DNA from: Octopus vulgaris
Lineage: Eukaryota
Direction of reading: 5' to 3'
Length of the DNA: 64,000 nt
Assembly: GCA_951406725.2 (NCBI GenBank)
Contig: OX597836.1
Coordinates: 8,804,001 to 8,868,000 of the forward strand
Part shown: in pieces, positions 57,814 through 64,000 of the stretch
Layout: every line of letters begins with the position of its first letter
Numbering within the stretch: position 1 is the stretch's first letter
Translations under genes and position numbers: made by a program
Notes under the pieces: model-generated
The model's database searches: none
What the model was told of the DNA's origin: nothing
What the model saw: the letters and a program-made list of their open reading frames with translations, nothing else

Positions 57814-57985
57814 CAGTGGCGTAGCTGGGGAAGGGGCACGGGGGAGATCAGCACTGGGCGACGGTTTTAAGGAGGAGTGCCTTTGGGGGTCTGCTGTATA
57901 AGTCTGAATAGGTTTGGTGGAGTGGCGGGTGGAAGAGGGAGTTCGGCGAATACCCCGGGTGGAAGGCACTCTAGCTATGCTACTG
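57814..57985. mobile_element. hAT-type MITE
   Basis: CAGTGGCGTAGCT...AGCTATGCTACTG termini; 8 bp flanks TGCGAACC and TGCTTTCC (decayed target duplication). Confidence 0.7.
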
Positions 57986-58479
57986 TGCTTTCCAGGCTAT
58001 CTTCGTATCAACCCACCCCTGCGAACCGAACGGTTAGTTATTTATGGTTTCTATCCTCAAGCAGTTATTTAATACCAGTCATACATTGAGGTGGTTCAAT
58101 TCGCTATAGTGATTCTTTACAGCCTGTTGCTCCACCGCCTCAGCGGCATTCTGACTCATCAACAATAGATCCTTCAGACGATCACTTCACCAAGACTTGA
58201 AGGCGGCCTTGTCCACGCAATGGGTCCCGAGACAGGATGTGGCGGGGGATGTAAGCCCCTCCAGTGAGGGGCCCTTCTCACTCGCCCTCTCGTATAACTC
58301 CCAAAGAAAATATGAATTCGTCATTCCAACCTCTGAAAACACTCGTCGATTTTAGTGTCAGAGCAGTACCACTGTTTACAACGAGTTAAGTTAAACTTTG
58401 AACCAGGTAGTTCCTATATACGGGGCGAGCTGATCTCGGGTTACGGAATTCAAGTAGATGAACTCTGGTTACGGAATTC

Positions 58480-58492
58480 ATGTATACACACG

Positions 58493-58524
<32 letters not shown>

Positions 58525-58887
58525 TGTATACACACACACATGTATACACACACACATGTATACACACACACATGTATACACACACACATATATACACACA
58601 CACATATATACACACACATACACATATATACACACACACATATATACACACACACATATATACACACACACATATATACACACACACATATACACACACA
58701 CATATACACACACACATATACACACACACATATACACACACACATATACACACACACATACACACACACATATACACACACACATATACACACACACATA
58801 TACACACACACATATACACACACACATATACACACACACACATATACACACACACATATACACACACACACATACACACACACACAT

Positions 58888-58924
<37 letters not shown>

Positions 58925-59002
58925 TATACACACACACACATATACACACACACATATACACACACACACATACACACACACATACACACACACATATACA
59001 CA

Positions 59003-59100
<98 letters not shown>
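58480..59100. repeat. (ATATACACACACAC)-type minisatellite
   Basis: Direct reading. Confidence 0.9.
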
Positions 59101-59269
59101 GCAGATTGAGGGATCACGTAGTAGAATACTGTGTATTGTGTTCGTAGTAGTTTTGTATTACAGATACATAATACCAGTGTAATGGTGATACACTCCGTGG
59201 TGTGTCACTTCGTTTGGTCATCCGATCCTTTCGGTTGGACGAGGGCTCAGGCTCTGTTGAATCTGTCTA

Positions 59270-59512
59270 TATTTTGTCATTGGACTCCGGCCATACTGGA
59301 GCACCGCATTGAAGGGTTTTAGAACAAATCGACTCCAAGGCTCTTTTTCTCTAAACCCTTATCGTATTCTCTTGGTCTCTTTTGCCGAACCGCCACCTTA
59401 CGACTCACAAGGCCTTGGTAAACCCTAAGCAATCGTAAGCACTTACCCAAGGGTCCGTACAGGACAGCATGGTTGGGAAACAAGCTTCTGACCCTCACAC
59501 CCACACCGGCCC
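59270..59512 (-). mobile_element. SINE family A, degraded
   Basis: Similarity to other copies. Confidence 0.7.
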
Positions 59513-60664
59513 CTACAGAATTATGATAAAAAGAAACATAATCCAAAACAATGGGTTAGTGAAACTATAAAAGAAAAATGTCGGACCGAATGCCTTGCGG
59601 TGTTTGTTTCGGCTCTTCGCGTTCTGGATCCAAGTCCAACCATGGCTTATTTGAATTGTAAACGAAGCCCGTCACTCGGTTTAACACCGCCATCTTGCAC
59701 TTTAGGTTACTATAGCGGAGTTTGCTTCAAGAATTTGGGCCTAGCTACCAGTTTGAGAATTCCTTTCTCTTGCCAGTCATGGAGTCCTTTTAAGGGCGTA
59801 TGGATATCTACTGCCCTCCTTGTTGATTAAAGTGTAAAACAAAAAAAGCCCCGACCTTCTCCTAACCCTATTCTATGCTGGAATAGATCGGCAATAAATG
59901 AATTCGACCCTAATATATGACTGTTACTTCGATTTATCAATCTTATAATAAAAAATGTTGGCTTTGGTAGGATTTGAACTCGGGATGTTCAACATATTTG
60001 TACACACCTGACCCTAATATACGACTGGCACTTTGTATTATCAATCTTAGAAGAATGAAAAGCAATGTTGGCTTTAGTAGGATTTGAACGTGAGACGTCC
60101 CCTTACACATCCATACACACTAGCCCCACAGCTCACGTGTTGCTACGGCTGTCTAGCACTAGTTCATCCTTGATCCACTACGCCTGTAACCAAAGATGTT
60201 CTCGCCATGACCATCCATTCCTATTTTTTTATGTCTGTCCAAAAATGCATTATCCAGTGTATCTGTCCTTTCTTTTAGGGCTCTAGTGATAGTTGGCAGC
60301 TATTTCTAGCAGATTGAAGGATCACGTTGTAGAAGCTAGTGTTTTATTTTATAAATGATGGCGCACTGGATATGATACTTCTCCATATTTAGTCACGGCT
60401 CCATATGTTCTGAGATCGAATCCACTAGGAGCCGACTTTTCATCTTTCCTGAATCTTTGATATCGAACTCAATCATATACTGAGATCAATATACACAGCA
60501 TCGATCGTTTCCTTCATAAGATTTTGGCTTTGTTCCCATCTTAAGTTCCTCCAATGCTTAGCGTTTGTTATTTTCCATTGTATTTCTGTTGTACTGTTCC
60601 TAACGTCTTGGGCTCTTGTGGCCAATAAAAGAAAGCATTACCATAACTCTAACACCAGGGTTGC

Positions 60665-61530
60665 AAATTGGCGGAACCATTAAAGCGTCAGTAGTGACTG
60701 CTTTGTATTTGTTCCGGTTCTTTACGTTCTGAGTTCAAATTCTGCTGAGGTCAACTTCGCTTTTCATCTCTCTGGGGTCGATAAAATAAAGTACCTATAA
60801 AATACTGGATCGATTTGAATAACCCATGAAAAAATTAAGGCCTTGTCTATATTGGTTTCAGGTTTTGGCACAAGGCCAGCAATTTTGGGGAGGGGTAAGT
60901 CGATTATATTGTCCCGGTGTTCGACTGGTACTTAATTTATCGGCCCCGAAAGGGATGAAAGGCAAAATCAACTACGGTGGAATTTGAACTCGAAGACAGG
61001 AGAAATGCCACTAAGCATTTTCCCGGCGTAATAACGATTCTGTCAGATCACCGCCTAAATGTCTATTGAGCCATGCCAGGCTCATAGGGGCCAGTTTCCC
61101 AGTTTCCAGGCGTATATATTTTCCACCTGAACGGGACGCCGGTCCGTCCCATGACTACTCATTTTTGCCAGCTGAGTGGACTGGAACAACGTGAAATGAA
61201 GTGTTTTGCCCAAGAACACAACGCCAAGCTCGGTCCAGGAATTGAAACCGCAATCTTACGACCATGAGTCCAACACCTCAACCACTGTGCCACACGCCTC
61301 CACAAGTCTTATATTAGAAACCCTTATTATGACGGCGAGCTGGCAGAAGACCGTCGGACAAAATGCTTTACGTTTTGAGTTCAAATTCCGCTGGGGACCC
61401 ACTTTGCCTTTCATCCTTTCGGGGTTTATAGAATAAAGTACCAATACAGCATCCAGATCGACGTCTTCGACTTACCCCCGCTCCTCAAAATTATTAGTAG
61501 TTGGCAGAATCGTTAGAGCGTCGGCACAAA
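60665..61530. mobile_element. SINE cluster: B plus (60665-60850), B minus (60853-61057), C minus (61070-61302), B plus (61332-61530)
   Basis: Family cores recognised in each copy. Confidence 0.8.
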
Positions 61531-61626
61531 TATCTTTGTATGGTTCAAAATGATAGAAAAGACAGTCAGGTGAAGGAACAACAAGCAAGGTGTATTGGTT
61601 TGACGCTGAGGAAAAATGGAAGACGT

Positions 61627-61662
61627 CTTTGACGTTTCGAGCCTACGCTCTTCTACAGAAAG
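61627..61662 (-). ncRNA. Minimal hammerhead motif with a core substitution
   Basis: CTTT-CTGTAGA-a-GAGC gtag GCTC-GAAAC-GTC-AAAG. Confidence 0.7.
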
Positions 61663-61895
61663 AAACGGGGAGAGCACAGATAGAAAGAGGGGAAAACGTG
61701 AAGAAAAACACAAAAAATGCTTGTCTGGATTAACGGTTGCACATGTTGAATTTACCGGAAGTGGCGAGGGAGACGTGTTTATTTTTATGTTCAGTGCTAA
61801 CAAAAATAATTTTACATTAAATTGGAAGGTTACTAGGTTACTCCATACTTTTAAGAGTACAAATTTATTATTATTTAACAAGAATAGTATTGATT

Positions 61896-61972
61896 GGGAC
61901 TTCGAAGTTTCGACCAGTAAAGTCATCATCCGACTGTCCGATGATGGCTTAGCAGGACGAAATTTCGAATCC
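61896..61972. ncRNA. Divergent pair of minimal hammerhead-like motifs
   Basis: Minus: CGGATGA-t-GAC tttactg GTC-GAAACTTCGAAGTC; plus: CCGATGA-t-GGC ttagcag GAC-GAAATTTCGAAT. Confidence 0.6.
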
Positions 61973-62008
61973 ATGTCAAGACTACTATTTTAAAGAAATT
62001 TACATATA

Positions 62009-62532
62009 AGCGCAGGAGTGGTTGTGTGGTAAGTAGCTTGCTTCCCAATCACATGGTTCCGGGTTCAGTCCCACTGCGTGGCACCTTGGGCAAGTGTCTT
62101 CTACTATACCCTCGGGCCGACCAAAGACTTGTAAGTGGATTTGGTAGATGGAAACTGAAAGAAGCCCGTCGTATATAAATGTATGTGTGTGTGTCTGTGT
62201 TTGACCCCCACCATCGCTTGACATCCGAAGCTGGTGTGTTTACGTCCTCGTAAATTAGTGGTTCGGCGAAAAAGACCGATAGAATAAATACTAGGCTTAC
62301 AAAGAATAAGTCCTGGGGTCGATTTGTAAGGGGTCGACTATAAGGCGGTGCTCCAGCATGGCCGAATTAAAATGACTGAAACAAAAGAATACATATATTT
62401 TTTCTTCGTTTCAGTCGTTTGACTGCGGCCGAGCTGGAGCACCGCCTTATAGTCGAACAAATCGATCCAAGGACATATTCATTGTAAGCTTAGTACTTAT
62501 TCTATCGATCACTTATGCCGAACGGCTAAGTT
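62009..62532. mobile_element. SINE A full copy (plus, 62009-62390) tail-to-tail with a 3' fragment (minus, 62403-62532)
   Basis: Similarity to other copies. Confidence 0.88.
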
Positions 62533-62573
62533 ATTCGAGGAGTATATCCTTGGTATTTAGCATCTAGAAAGTA

Positions 62574-62691
62574 AGAAAGTTACCATTGGTTTCGCGTCTA
62601 CTCTTGCACTGGACAATATAGACGACTCATCAGAGATGCTGGCCCAAAGTGCACAGCCTCTTTACTGACGCGAAACCAAGGGTAAGTTTCT
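62574..62691 (-). ncRNA. Hammerhead-like core inside a 25 bp inverted repeat
   Basis: Minus: CTGATGA-G-t-CGTCTA...TAGACG-C-GAAAC-CAATG-GTA; arms 62574-62598 and 62667-62691. Confidence 0.55.
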
Positions 62692-62986
62692 GACTGGCTT
62701 TATGCCGTAACTGGGGACATTCTATTCGAAGACAATTGCTTTTAAAATGTACTCTTTCCAACTTATTGACAACTGACCGGTGTGTATGTATATATACATA
62801 TATGTGTGTGTGTATATATATGTGTGTCTATGTGTATGTGTCTGTCTGTATGCGTATATGTCTGTCTATATGCGTATGTGTGTATATGCGTACGTGTATA
62901 TATATATATATGTGTGTGTGTATATATATATATATATGTGTGTGTGTATATATATATATATGTGTGTGTGTGTGTATATATATATA

Positions 62987-63017
<31 letters not shown>

Positions 63018-63729
63018 GTGTGTGTTTGTATATATATGTGTGTATATGTATATGTGTATATATAAGCTTTTATACGTGTATACACCAATCATATGTCTGT
63101 GTGTGTGCACACATACGTGTCTGTAATATATATATATATATATATATATCTGTCTTATTATATATTCACACACCCACGCAAACCGAACTAATTTATAATA
63201 TTTATCCACGTGTACACTAAGTTTCATTATTAATTTGTGGTACCATTATCATCACCATCGTTATCACCATCGCCTCCTCCACCCGACTCCTCCGCAAACA
63301 TCACTACCACCACAGCCACCACCACCACCACCACCCTCAGCACTACCGCAGTATCAGTCATCAGCAGCAGCAGCTACAGAATTAATCCTTATTTATTAAT
63401 TAGCTCAAATATTGGATGAGTTACATAATATTAATTAATTAAAATATATATTTTATTTGATCAATTCAATCACATTAAGTTGTGGCTGTGGTGGTGGGGG
63501 CGTTTGGGTTTGAGGGGAGGGGCGCTTGTGTTTTGAAGGAGATTATTGTTTGGGGGTGGTGTCTTGTGGGGTGCGTACGTGTGTGTGTGTCTGTGTGCGA
63601 ACGTGTCTTTTTGTGTGGGGTGCATGTGTGTTTTCCTAAGGGGGGGTGGGTGTATTTGAGTGATTGTAGGGTTTTGATGGGGTGTGATGTGTTTGTGTGT
63701 CTGTATATATCTGTCTGTGTGTGTGTCTG

Positions 63730-63766
<37 letters not shown>

Positions 63767-64000
63767 CTGTGTGTTTGTATGTGTTTTTCATTATGTCACT
63801 ATCATGAAAATCTTTATTTTATTAAAAACAAAAAAGTCGCCATATTTAGGGGACAGCTGTTGGCTTCCATAATTATTATCGTCACCAATTGGCGCCAGAA
63901 TTAATTTCGAGCCCCTTTCCTCACCCCACCCTACCCCTATCGCGGTGCCGTTTGAGTAAGTACCAGTTATATACTGCGGTTTTAAACTAACCAGATCAGC

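Noticed and set aside
58100-58320. Possible RTE C-terminal fragment (FRRSLHQDLKA)
   Set aside because: Match too short to support without a search

Overview
AT-rich eukaryotic non-coding DNA, saturated with microsatellites and interspersed repeats. The repeat complement suggests an octopus genome (inference from recalled SINE families, no search run). No intact host protein-coding gene is supportable, and nearly all long ORFs are translations of simple repeats. Recognisable content: three tRNA-derived SINE families (about 35 copies or fragments), four Tc1/mariner relics, several MITE/foldback elements, a 5'-truncated Penelope-like retroelement (PLE) with a GIY-YIG endonuclease frame, and a (TAA)n-embedded retroposon. 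The main hidden signal is a set of at least five unrelated repeat families carrying hammerhead ribozyme (HHR) cores, most with palindromic stem III, often inside inverted duplications. One family combines a tRNA-like Pol III head, an (AAT)n spacer and a hammerhead, and occurs both as the PLE terminal repeat and as a stand-alone unit. Another has an unusually long stem II. All structures were paired by eye; SINE and relic boundaries are approximate.
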